Below are positions 14,801-27,296 of a stretch of 64,000 nt of DNA, piece by piece. The DNA lies in contig NC_087245.1 of assembly GCF_037042905.1 (NCBI RefSeq), forward strand, positions 8,432,001 through 8,496,000, given 5' to 3'. The stretch is from Lytechinus pictus. Its lineage: Eukaryota. Both the position numbers and the translations under genes were made by a program. Position 1 is the first letter of the stretch. Each line of letters opens with the position of its first letter. The notes beneath the pieces are model-generated. The model was not told where the DNA came from. It saw only the letters and a list, made by a program, of their open reading frames with translations, and searched no databases.

Positions 14801-17753
14801 TTAAGACACTTTCACTCCAAAATGAGGTAAAATCCACCCAAGAAAGATGCAAATTTCACTATAGATGAATGAGTTCGTTTCACTCCAAGATGAGTGTGAT
14901 TTATTAGTCTTTCGCATTTAGAGAGTAAATCACCCATGTCCCCTATTTTCTAGCATTACATACTCAAAAAAACTTACTTGTAAAGAACGCTTAGGATGAT
15001 TGGGCTGATAATGAAGAATTGCATGTCACATGCAAGATACCAGGACCACCGCATACACTGTCGAAAGAGAAGGAATTTGAAATTATTGGGTTTTTAAAAA
15101 GAAAAATCAGGCCACAAACCTACCTTTCTCCTTTATTTAAAAAAAAATATCAGTAATCATGAATACTATGGAAAATGATTTCATCGATCTTTCAAGATAT
15201 ATAGATCTGATGCTATATTCCTTGAATATAACTGTAATAGAGTACATTCTTTTTCAATCATATTCTGAATGTAAAACATCACCTGCGGGTTACTGAGAGA
15301 GGTCTTACAAATTCAAACGGTCTAACTTATAAAGAAAGGATCGTGACCCATTAGGGCCGCATAATGCACGTTGTATATTCAAATTTAAGAAGTGTAGACG
15401 AGTGACACAAATGTAATGCTAACCGAATTGTTATAGACGTTAGGCCAAGGGTAGATGTTGTTGATATAAAGTGGATGAGTCCACCACTGTTTACGGCACC
15501 ATCCTTGATAGAAGTCATAAGTCTCGTCAGCCATCACGCTTCGGCCATCCCCGAAGTGGGGCCACCATAATGCCCATATACCCATGGCTGCCATGTAGAC
15601 AGGGGTGAGACGCCACCAGCGGTGAAAGTAAAATATGGCCCAACTACCAGCACCTCTCAACGTCTTGTCATGTATTTTCTTCAACGTCATGTAACCGACT
15701 AAATATCCGCTGTAAGAAAGGAGATTTGATCAAACAAATTATGACAGACATACTTTCGCAATGCACATGTAAGTGCCAGGGTATAAAGCAGAATTACGCA
15801 TAACCTTGTGCGAATATTCTTTTTTTTTGCATGGCAATGAAATTGTGTTTAACAACTTATCTCCCTATATCTATCCTGCATCCGCTACTGAAGTTCCTTT
15901 TTGGAAGTCAAAACGTTTTATAACATATCAGTTGTTAAATAGATTGATATTTTCAGTTGACCCTTTATCTAATTTGCCCCGGACGAGAATGTAACGAATC
16001 TCGTTTTGGTCTTTGGTTGGCCTAGGGCTCGGACAGTATGAACCCTGATCCTGTCAATTATGCGCTTTATTAATTACAAAATTTGAACTCTAACATAAAT
16101 ATAACTAATGTATAAAGGAAAATATTTACTGTTGTGTATTTGACAAATAAGATTTTCAGTGAAGAAATAATTACCTAAGAACAAAAAAAGTATCCACAGA
16201 ATAGGAGCCCGATGTAACAGCATTGAATGACATGTGATCGACAATCACATCCACCGTCTGCAGTGGGTTCCCTGTAAAAGATATTGGTAGATTAGAATAA
16301 GGAAAGAGTTTATATTGAAGGGGTGGGATGAAAGTTGGGGTTCAAATTAATTAGAAATTAGCTATTAAATTATAATTTGTGATTAGCTAAGTAATTATCG
16401 CCGAAGATGTGCGCAGTGGCATTTGTCTGTAATACAAGGTTCTTAAAGAAATTTAGGTCACAGACTTAAATAATCATATTTGTTTGAAGGGTGTGAAAAA
16501 TCAATCACAAACACTCCAAACGAATCAGACAAAATGGAAACCTTGCAACAAAAAGTACTACTAGCAAACAGGCATAAAAGGGACCTTTTAAAAAAGTTAG
16601 AGACAAAATTATACAAACAACTAGATAACAAAATATACCAAAACAATTTTAGCAAATTGAATTACTTGGTTCTCCTTAGCCTCTGGAAACTGTCACAGGT
16701 CAAAATTACACAGAGTTGTCGTTATATATGCATATAGGCAAGGTTATATGTAGAAGTCTACGATACATTTGCGAGTGAAATAACTTTGTATTATTCCATC
16801 ATTTTATCAATTTAAATTAGATAGTTAGTATATATGAAGGGAGATGATGGAAAAGGGGCAAAATGGCTACATTAAATGAAAGACGGCAGATGATATCAAT
16901 TGGAAGAAAAGAGGCTACAGTAGTTTCGGCCGTATAAAAGTTGCAAACAAAAAAGTTAATTATATAATCTCACCAGTCCGATAAGTTGACATGTATAGAA
17001 TTGAATGGCACAGCATAACCCAAAATATACTGAGTACCCTAAGTCCGTTGACGATCGCCATGTTGTTATTTGACTTCCTAGCACTGAGAAGTTTCTTGCA
17101 GTTATTCACAATGGAAAACGACATCATTATAGCGTTCAGAATAGCTGAAGATGGAGAGTGAAAAATATATGAGGAGATAAAAATGGATTCAGTACCAAAG
17201 TGCATTAAGTAATTTTCCGAAGATGAAGACAAGTATCTTCCTTGTGATGACGATATACTCCATATACATGTAGACTGGATTAACTTGTGCCAAATTTTGC
17301 CATAAGAATATTTTCCCCAATAATTCAGGGCAGATTACTTTCAAGTAAATTTGCAATTTGCAAGGTGATTGTCATTTCATTATTATTAAGTTGGAGTTCA
17401 CTACAACGCCAATTCTGGTAGAATAAGAGCAGAAAAATGATGGAAACATAAACAAAAGATTTTTACCGAAAATCCTAAGATAAATATACTGGCGAATTGA
17501 TGTTTTTATGTGACGCATGTAACATCAGAAAATTTAAGCAAGCAAAATATTGTTTTCTTTTGACGGATTTTACACAAACCTTACTAATATATTTCTCTCA
17601 ATTGTTTGCATTTGTAATAACCCAAACTGACTCATAACACACTTTTGATATGGATGTTTCATGTTGTAAACAAATTAGCAACACCCTTTAACTATTACAA
17701 ACGGGAAAAAGAGAGAGCTTTGTACCCTATGACCCCTGCTATGATCAATATAT

Positions 17754-17816
<63 letters not shown>

Positions 17817-20800
17817 ATACGCGAGGTTTGCGTCGAAAGTTAGAATACTTGAAAATAAACTTTTTGTCTGAACTGAATGCATTATCTCGCAAAGATGTAC
17901 TCGTTTGATATTCATCTGTATCAAACACACGGAATATAATATCGATATATGTAAGGGTGGGGGTGTGTGTGAGGGTGTGTGTGTGTATGTAATACATATT
18001 GATATTTGCTTCCCTGCTAGTACATACCCCAATTATTGTATCGTTTCATTGGTTTTTTATCACCAGAATGTCTTTCCGATAAATTCAAATCCATGCCACC
18101 ATTAAATGATAATTTCTCCACAGGTGCTGTTGTCTCGCTTTCTGATTGGAATCCCTTATTGATCAAGGAATCTCCTTTCATATCTCCTCCCGTTACTCTG
18201 GTAATCTCGACTTCACCCTGTCTGTCCATGTCCTCTGATGATCTGGAGTCTACGAACACTTTACCGAAATCAGAGTTGGTTTGGATATGACTTTCCTTCG
18301 GATCTGTATCATTGTGGCCGTAGGTCATTGGTATCTTGTCCCGTTTTTCGCCTCGTTTTAGTTTATCCAGGATTAGGTTTTGGATAAAGACCTCATAGAA
18401 GGATCCCAGACACACCATCAAAGCAAAGAAACACATAGTGGCACTTTCCATGAAAAAGAAGAGTGTAGTTAGACAGCTGTTAGTATAAAGAATTGATAGT
18501 TACCTTACTTCCGTCATGTATTTCATTTCAGTATTATTAGTTAGCTCATGAATAGCTTCGTGTCTCCATCTCCACCACGGTGCATATTTGTCTACATAAA
18601 TGTGATATTATAATATCAAAATTATTTTTACCCAGGGTCATCACTTGATATCTAATGAACTGCTCTGTCAACGTTAGTAATCTAGTGAGCATACAAACAG
18701 TTGCTCTGAATAATTTTTGACCAACAAGTGTACGGCAAAAATGGTAGCAAGTAGGGCCTACTTACGTGAATCCAATATCAGCCGTGGTCCAAGGCCTTCT
18801 TTCTTGGCAATCGAAATGCAGAAAAGGTTCGACCTTTACAACCTCACTCCAAACTATAAGAAACCAACATAGGTACAACATGTGTACAAAGGTACTTTGG
18901 TAAAATAATAATTATAATAGCTGGATTTATAAAGCGCTTTTTGCCCGAGGATACAAAGCTGCTATTATTACCCCGGCTTTAGCTCGAGCTACCATCACCG
19001 GCGCTCAGTGCATTCAAGGATATAATCCTGCTGGGTACCCATTCACCTCACCTGGGTCGAGTGCAGCACAGTGTGGATAAATTTCTTGCTGAAGGAAAAC
19101 TCGCCATGAGGATGCAGTCATGAAAAAATTCAGACTTGTGTCAGAGGAAGATGTTAGAAAAATAATCTGCAAACTTCCAAATAAATCATGTTCGCATGAT
19201 GTTATTCCAACATGGTTCTTGAAACAATGTATATCACCTATACTTCAACCACTAAGAGCTATAGTTAATTTATCTCTCACTTCTGGTGAGTTCCCTGTAT
19301 CATTGAAACAAGCGATTATTACACCTGTCATGAAAAAAGCACCTCTTGATATGAATCAATTAAATAATTATATACCAGTTTTCAATCTCAAATCCTTCTA
19401 AAAAATTATGGAAAAGTGTGCAATGTCTCAATCACACACTCATATGTTAGAAAATAAATTACTGGATCCATATCAGTCCGCATACAAACCACAACATGGC
19501 ACTGAAACTGATCTGCCGAGAGTTAAAAATGACATTTTGTGTGCTTTGGATAACCGCAAAGCTGTTTTTGTAATTTTATTAGATCTTAGTGCCGCTTTTG
19601 ACATGATTGATTTGATATTTTTGACAAAAGACTCACACCATGTTTTGGAATTCGTGGAAATGTTAAAAGTTGGATTTTATCTTATTTTAAAGACCGTAAA
19701 AGGTCAAGTTTGTATTGCTGGGCATACTTCATCTGAACATACCTTAGAGTTTGGTGTGCCACAAGGATCTGTGGTTGGCCCACAAATGTTTACATACTAT
19801 ACCTATCCACTTGGTAAAATAATCGAGAGTCACAACCTAAATTACCATATCTATGCAGATGACACTCAGATTTATATTGAATTCGATCCAAAAATACCTG
19901 GTGACACTGTCATTGCATTGCATAAGCTTCAAGTATTAGATAATTAAAATCATGGATGACTGTCAATAAACTGAAGTTAAATGAGGAAAGTTCTTTATAG
20001 CAGCTTCCACCCATAATATGAATTATCTTAATAATGTTTCCTTGGATGTTTGTGGTACACAAATAAAGCCATCCAATTCTGTTCGTAATCTTGGTGTCTA
20101 TTTTGATAATAACATGATCATGTCTAATCATGTTTCCTCTCTTGCACGCTCCTTGAATTTTAATCTGCACAATATTGGACGCATACGTCGCTATATCGAT
20201 GAAAATACGTGTAATCATGTAGTTAGATCACTTGTTCTCTCACGTCTATACTACTGTAATTCACTCCTATACGGCATTACTATTAAAGACATGAAAAAAT
20301 TGCAGACCATTCAAATTAGATCAGCTAGACTTATTTTAAGGTAAATCGTAGGGAACATACTTCACCATTATTACAGCAGTTGCATTGGCTTCCAGTCTCT
20401 GAACGCATTGTTTCCAAGATTCATGCTCTTGTTTTTAAAGCACGTATGGGGGAAACTCCTGGTTGTCTATCAGACATAATCAGTAATTATATTCATATGG
20501 GCAATACTAGATTCTTTAGATCACATGCTGACCAATACCTCCTTAAACACAGAAGAAGTGTTAGTTCATATGGTGATAAAGCATTTGCTAATTTTGTGCC
20601 CAAATTGTGGAATAAACTGCCTGTAACACTAAGATCTGCTGACAAGTTGAAAACTTTTAAATCTCTGCTTAAAACACATTTATTTGCTCGTTGAATTTTT
20701 TTCTCCTTATATGATTTTTTGTGTGTTACTATTGGTTTAAATATTCTTGTTTAGCTCTCTTTGGTTGGTTTTTTGCTAGGGTTTAGCTTAGGCATGGTGT

Positions 20801-23800
20801 TTTTAGAGCCATTGTGAGTTATGAACCTGCCGGATTGCCTTCTGGACAAGTTCCTTAAACTGCGGGTGAACAGGGCATTCAGATCAGGCACAAGTCCCCG
20901 TAGATATATTTTTAAGTGCTGTTTAATGTTATTTCATTATCATTATTACTATTAGTTATTTATTGTAAAGTGCTTTGATCATATTTTTGGTAAAGCGCTA
21001 TATAAGTACCTGTTATGTATGTATGTATGGCTAGGATTCGAACCCACGACCCTCTGTTTGAAAGGCGAGAGTCAGAACCACTAGACCGCGGTGCGCATGC
21101 TTTAAAGCTATTCCTTGATTTTGGGGTATCTAATAAGAAAATAACTGCTATGTCACCAAGGGTTGGTATGAAACTGAAATAAAATATCATATCTTGTGAT
21201 CAAAATGCACATGTATAATCGTAACAATGACTTTCTAAAAAGAAAACCCAGAATACGATCGAAAGGCTTATCACGCAGACATACAGGGGGGGGGGGTGTA
21301 TGCATGGGTCTTCCGGTTAAATTGAATATTGTTCAATTATTGAAGCCGACATGGTAAGGGAACTTACATAATGATGAAATAGAATTCACATCAGTTTCTG
21401 AGCAGCTGTCAGGCCAGCATCGTCCCAAAATGATACCCTTCATAAAACAAGACAAATGATCAATAAGTGTATCGTGATAATTAGAATGAAAATCCTTTCC
21501 GTATATTTTCTTGGCAAAATACCCCTCATTGATATTCAATTCATTACATGCAAGATAGAGATTCAACCGAAATAATATGATTACATAAGGAGCAGATGAC
21601 TTTATTGTTGGGAAAAGAGGGAAGATGTAAACTATGTTCTATTCTGGCCACCAGATACTTTATAGTTTTTACACAATATTGTGTGATTTTTTTTCACCCG
21701 TGAAAATGTTTCTTTTGTTCTATATCATCCATGATTATCCTACGAACAACCATGATTTGTTCTTGAATAATGCAATGAACTGTGTTGTAAATTACTGATC
21801 CTTTGCTGGCTGTTAATTATGTATACATAAATAAATGAATAAATCATCGATTATACTTACAGTGTCTTGAATCCCTAAAGGGCAATATTTTCCGTTGAAC
21901 TGCGGCACATTTGAGGTATCATTTTTCAAAGTTGAAGTACATAGCCAGATGTTTCCCAGATCCTTTAGCGTCCCAGTGAACAGAGCATCACGTGGAATCC
22001 GACCAGAAGATGATCTCACTATGATTTTTACGAGGAGCAGATTCATTAATATTGTCACTTGCTAAGCTAATATACAATTTGTTTTATTTATGTAAGAAAC
22101 TGCATTCAAGACTAAGATGATTTTCCATTTGGCCCTACACATATTTTGTACATACATTCACATAATACTGTATATGATCATTATTTGAAATAGTTTTTCT
22201 TTTTCTTCTGAAAGTGATTGTATATGTTGCAAACGTAGGGCTGGAAATATGAATCTGTCATATTCCATTATCTGATGACTTCATGTCAGTAGATTATTAT
22301 GGTCATTCGTGAGTTTAGTTACTACCCACTCGGTCAAAAGTTATTTTGTATATATATAAAGTATAGAATCTTTCCCCACGTCAAGTAAACTAGCTTTGAA
22401 AGAAATTTATGTATCTGAATCTTGGTGTATGAATTAGAATGACTGAGCGAGTTTTTTCAATATCATTATATTTTTTGTGGGTAGGGTAATTTGAATTTAG
22501 ACGTGCATACACCCAGGTTATACTCACTTCTGTCAGCGTAATAAACTCCGTTGATGAGATCCCTGTAGTATTGGACGACGTCTTCCACACATGTCGCTGA
22601 AATCTGCCATTCGTCATCATTCTCCCCTTCGAATATATATACATTATCATCAGAGAAAGTGCTCTTTGGGCGATGTGTGGCTCGTTTCCAAAGATATTCT
22701 ATCTCTAATTGAATATTCTCCAGGTACTTTTGTCAAAAATGAAAAAAAAAATCAGGCCCAGAAAGTTATAATGAATAAAAGATTAGTATTTACTTAAATA
22801 CACGGGTTGTTTATATATTTTCACATGATTCATAGTTGATTTTTTTTTTTTAAACAATTAATACACTTTATTTTTCTTGACAGTCATTGTTACATTTCTG
22901 AATTATTCGCTACATGTAACTATAATGTTTGATTTACTGTCGTCAAAAAGAATATAAATTTTCATAAAAATATTGAACTGATATTGCTCATAATGAGGTA
23001 TTCATTATATGACAATTGTGAACTCGGTAGGGGATTTGATGCTAAACATGATAATCATACCTCAATTAATACCCGATCGTTGTCCATGATGTTCATTATT
23101 TTCTCATATTCTAAACCTCTGTTTGCCAGAATTTCTTTGAAGATCAACAGGTCATTTCGGCCTAGAGGGAAATTGTAAAATCACATTATAAAGGTGATAT
23201 CTAAAGAAAAACTTAACTTTGATGTGCTTTGTACATAATAACGTTCGCATACTGAAAACACCAATGAGAAAAATAAAATTAGATTTATGAATTCAAAGAA
23301 TTCAATATGGTTTTCTCGGAACCTACCAAAAAGCAACCTAAACTGTTACGGGCACAATCCGTCTCGAATGCACAGGTAAAACAATTTGGATATCACGAAA
23401 TCCAAATAACATGATATATGTGGCAGCTATACATGTGACGTCATCAAACAAGAATGAGAAAATTATGCAATTCTAGAGTGGGTTTACGCAAAGCATTTAT
23501 TAAGTGCTTTTCACATTTCCTGCTTTCAGGCATGACCAAATGGATTTCAAATTTGGAACAAGCCCATGGACATTTTTTTGCTAGTCCTCTCGTCCTTTGT
23601 TAGCCTATAATCTAGGCGGAGGCTGCAGTTATTGTCTTTGCTGTTATGCTGAACGTGAGCGATACGTCTGATCTGGCGAAGACTACGCATTGTGGATGCG
23701 CAGCTCGCAGCCACAATGCGTCGTAGTCTTCGCCAGATCAGACGTATCGCTCACGTTCAGCATAACAGCAAAGACAGTAGCTGCAGCCTCCGCCTAGATT

Positions 23801-24038
23801 ATAGGCTAGTCCTTTGTTTGCTCAAATAAACACATTACTGGCATAATTACTATAAAAAAACATTTACTCCCGACAGAAAACAGAAAAGAAATGTTAAATG
23901 ATGCTTACTGCTGTCAACTGATCGCCTAAAATCTTTGTACTCCGGACCTGGCTGCCCTGCAGTTGAAACGAAACAGTGGGCTGAAAGGAATAGAATTAAC
24001 ACAGATGTGCAGACAGTCAAACGCAATTGAAAATTCAT
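8862..24038 (-). CDS. nrf-6: nrf-6/OACYL-like membrane O-acyltransferase, paralog B; complete, 16 exons, ~837 aa
   Basis: Exons: 23909-24038, 23061-23161, 22528-22726, 21861-22018, 21368-21437, 18766-18853, 18028-18443, 16974-17144, 16175-16271, 15424-15709, 14978-15057 (CMRWSWYLACDMQFF), 14443-14547, 13990-14134 (YAKPYTRIPPYIAGLILGY), 12607-12793, 9474-9616 (PLARLSYCIYLVHP), 8862-8999 (LLVEGPFMGLEK...stop). Sum 2514 nt, phases consistent; intron phases match paralog A. Confidence 0.93.
9774..10761. mobile_element. Non-autonomous Tc1/mariner-like element in intron 14 of paralog B
   Basis: ta|cagtgcgtatcaaataaaagtttacactt ... aagtgtaaacttttttttgatacgcact(a)|ta; CAGT terminus with TA duplication. 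Confidence 0.8.
10828..12070. mobile_element. Foldback-type DNA element with inverted arrays of a 16-bp subterminal repeat
   Basis: Five tandem tattccgaaggttcg(t)-like units at 10841-10920 and reverse-complement copies at ~11875-12062; GG...CC ends; 8-bp TSD gattgtca (10820-10827, 12071-12078). Confidence 0.8.
13004..13603. mobile_element. Kolobok-like (TTAA) MITE, copy 1
   Basis: TIR aaggtcaagtccatcccagaaaaatgtagatttgaat / attcaaatcaactttttgttggggtggacttgtcctttaa; same family as 58619-59220. Confidence 0.75.
17755..17817. repeat. (TA)n microsatellite
   Basis: Directly visible; creates the spurious IYIY ORFs. Confidence 0.95.
18905..21095 (-). mobile_element. tRNA-derived SINE split by the LINE (head 21030-21095; body and tail 18905-19108)
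   Basis: Minus-strand head GGTCTAGTGG (A box)...GGTTCGAATCC (B box) joins across the LINE to CATGGCGAGTTTTCC...CACTCGACCCAGGTGAGGTGAATGGGTACC, ending in aaagcgctttataaat plus an AT-rich tail. Confidence 0.8.
19109..21029 (+). mobile_element. 5'-truncated, decayed non-LTR retrotransposon (L2/CR1-like LINE; reverse transcriptase pseudogene) in intron 5 of paralog B
   Basis: Broken ORFs 19120-19401, 19408-19947 (LLDLSAAFD, GVPQGSVVGP, YADDTQIY), 20018-20344 (VRNLGVYFD) and 20380-20694 (HWLPV...FKSLLKTHLF). The 3' end is aaagcgctatataagt followed by a (TATG)n tail. Confidence 0.93.
23601..23808. mobile_element. Near-perfect 208-bp hairpin MITE with 9-bp TSD (MULE-like) in intron 1 of paralog B
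   Basis: Arms of ~100 bp (tagcctataatctaggcggaggctgcag... / ...ctgcagcctccgcctagattataggcta); TSD gtcctttgt at 23592-23600 and 23809-23817. Confidence 0.9.
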
Positions 24039-24986
24039 CCCGTTAGGAATTTCTGAGTGACGATCACAAACTATAGGTCTGAGCTCTGTGTCATTGAATT
24101 TTGACTTGCTTGAAGACCGCGACTAATTGAGTATTGAATAAACCAGAAGTTTGTTTAAATGTTGTTTGGTATTTATTACTGGGTATATGCAATGATCAAA
24201 GTGCAGTGACCTCGAAATAGTTTACCTGCATGCTATCTTGATCTTATTTACTCTTCTAAAGATACGTAACTACATTCAAATAATATCTTAAATCTGGCTT
24301 TATTTTAATCTTATTCTATTTCAATCTGAAATAATTCTGATTTTTTTATGGGTTAAAAACAGTATGTCCATGGACGTGATGGACGCGTTACGTTACCAAA
24401 GAGATTTCGTTATCTGAAGAGACTTCAAAACCAAGTTAGTTGAACATGTAGAACGGTTCTGGATAGTAGTGGTTAGTTTGCGTGACTGCTAAGATCTTAG
24501 GCATGAATGTTTGGTATAAACATCCAGAGGACCAAAGGCTAACGTTCTCTCCGAGAGACCTTGTAGTGAGGATAAAATGTCTTACCAAAGAGCACTGCCT
24601 AAGTCGTCGGATTGCGAGACCAACAATTTGTACCAACTTGGATATCTCGCCTCCTCCTTCCGGCGTTTTAGCAGTTGTATAATTAATACTAGCTCCTTTT
24701 TTTAACAGGGTGCCACAATAAATTAGTCGTCGACGTTGGGCAGGAGAATGTTAAAAACTAATTCCAATAAATGAAGACAATATATTAGTTTGTCCTGTTC
24801 CATTTTCTCACCGACACATAATATACAGTATTTAGACTTATAAACGTAGACACACTTTCACATCGCCACTCAGGGGCGGATTCAGGATTCATCAGAAGAG
24901 GCAGGTGTCCATTCTTTTCCTGCATGACTGCACCCCCCCCCCCCAAAAAAAAGGCAAAAATAAAACAGGTAAAAGGTCATCACAAC

Positions 24987-26975
24987 GGCAGTTTATAATC
25001 ACTCGCGTCGCGTGCGGGTTCGTAATCACTCGCGTTTTGAATTTTTTGCGATTTTTTTTATTTCGGTGCGATTTTTTTTAACGGTGTCTTCAATATGGGA
25101 CACACATGCAGGGAAAATAAAATGAAATTGAAATTCGAGTTTCGTTTTAAGCCGGCAATTAAGTGCCTTAAAATAAAATGTACTCGACTACTGTTTTAAC
25201 ATAACAAACAAGCAAATCAGCCATGTGGCTCAACTAACTTAGAATAGATCCGGACTTCTACTGTGTCTTAATTATACGAGGACTCCGAGTCGGAACTTGC
25301 CATATCTGCCACATCGATACTACATCGTATCATTCCCATATGCGGACATGCCTGCATGCAATGGCCCCGGCAATGGCCCCAAGGCGGCCGGACCCGGCCG
25401 CGGTCGGACACGACGTGCATCGGTAGCATGGAGCAAGCTAACGTGAGTCGAGCTGAGTTAGATCCCACGTTATATATGAGGCGCCGATTGTACCAATATT
25501 ATATAGAACAATTATTTGTTATATAATCATTATTATTCATTAAATAATAACTATTATTTATATATAATTTACATTCTATTTGTAAATAATTACTATTATA
25601 TAAAATAACATTTCTAATTATTTATAAATAATTCCAAGTAATACTTCATTACTTGTAAATAATAATAGTTCGATTTTCCGTTTGGAAAAAAGGGGATTGA
25701 GGTAAACCCTTGCCCACAGGTTAGTTGTAGAGAGAGTTATAATCAATCACAAACTGAATTCAACCAATAAGATGAGTAAACTTTAGAATTGCGAATGATT
25801 GATGAAGTTATAATTAATTAAACACAACTTTAATTATCTGCAATTAGTTCCATCAAAGAGGATGAACAACTTCATTATATAAAATAACATTTCTAATTAT
25901 TTATAAATAATTCCAAGTAATACTTCATTACTTGTAAATAATAATAGTTCGACATTCCATTATTTATAAATAATGATTATTTGTTTTTCATTATCTATAA
26001 ATAATAATTTTTGTGTTTCATTATTTATAAATAATGACACTGCATACTTCATTATTTATGAATAATTGCAATTCGTTTTTTTATTATTTATAAAGAAGTT
26101 TGTCGAGTTTTCTATTATTTGTAAATGATAATTATCTATTAACAATGCCAGTGCACATTTCTTTATTTATAAATAATTTGTTGAGTTTCCCATTATTTAT
26201 AAATAATGAAAATTCATCGTGTTTCATTATTTATAAATAACATTTTTGTTTGAATATCCCATTATTTATAAATAATCATTATTTATAAATAATAGAATGT
26301 AGAACTATTATTATTTACAAATAATGAAGTATTACTTGGAATTATATATAAATAATTAGAAATGTTATTTTATATAATAGTAATTATTTACAAATAGAAT
26401 GTAAATTATATATAAATAATAGTTATTATTTAATGAATAATGATTATGTAACAAATAATTGTTCTATACAATATTGGTACAATCGGCGTCTCATATGTAA
26501 CGTGGGATCTAACTCAGCTCGACTCACGTTAGCTTGCTCCATGCTACCGATGCACGTCGTGTCCGACCGCGGCCGGGTCCGGCCGCCTTGGGGCCATTGC
26601 ATGCAGGCATGTCCGCATATGGGAAGGATACGATGTAATATCGATGTGGCAGATATGGCAAGTTCCGACTCGGAGTCCTCGTATAAGACACAGTAGAAGT
26701 CCGGATCTATTCTAAGTTAGTTGAGCCACATGGCTGATTTGCTTGTTTGTTATGTTAAAACAGTAGTCGAGTACATCTTATTTAAGGCACTTGCCGGCTT
26801 AAAACGAAACTCGAATTTCAATTTCATTTTATTTTCCCAGCGTGTTTGTCCCATTGAAGACACCGTTAGAAAAAAAAATCGCACCGAAATGAAAAAAAAA
26901 TCGCCAAAAATAAAAAGCGCGTGTGATTACCAACGCGACGCGAGTGATTACGAACGCGAGTGAATATAACAAGCC
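24987..26975. mobile_element. ~2-kb foldback element with ~680-bp inverted arms and an AT-rich core
   Basis: Ends ggcagtttataatcactcgcg / cgcgagtgaatataacaagcc; 8-bp TSD atcacaac (24979-24986, 26976-26983); mirror-image ORFs 25268-25468(-) and 26433-26696(+) confirm the inverted repeat. Confidence 0.9.
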
Positions 26976-27296
26976 ATCACAACCGGGGCACTTTGCAATC
27001 GAAAATTGTTCTGATAAGCAACCTCTCCCCATAAAAAATAATAATACTAAACTGGCCTTGAAGGGCCGGGGCGTGTCTCTGCTGAAAAGAATACAGTAAA
27101 CCACAGTGTGTACGTCCCACAGTGTATCATATAATATGGAATATAATACACCGTTAAATCACCTTCATAATGTGAAATTTGATCATTTTAAGTGTGTGCA
27201 CATCTTCCTATAGTTCAATATGACAACACTAAACATAAAATGCAAGACTGTGTGTTCGTTTGACTATGCAGAAACCAACTTGCATATCTATATTGA

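Noticed and set aside
19120-20694. Functional or domesticated reverse transcriptase (retron/DGR-like system)
   Set aside because: Multiple stops and frameshifts, 5' truncation and a typical LINE tail; an ordinary dead retrotransposon.
21030-21095. tRNA gene
   Set aside because: A and B boxes are present, but I see no convincing acceptor stem and the sequence continues into a SINE body.
24430-24660. Possible additional old SINE upstream of paralog B
   Set aside because: Only a faint resemblance; no clear Pol III boxes or boundaries.
25268-26696. Pair of near-identical small ORFs (MGSNSARLTLACS...)
   Set aside because: They are mirror images created by the inverted repeat, with no recognisable domain.
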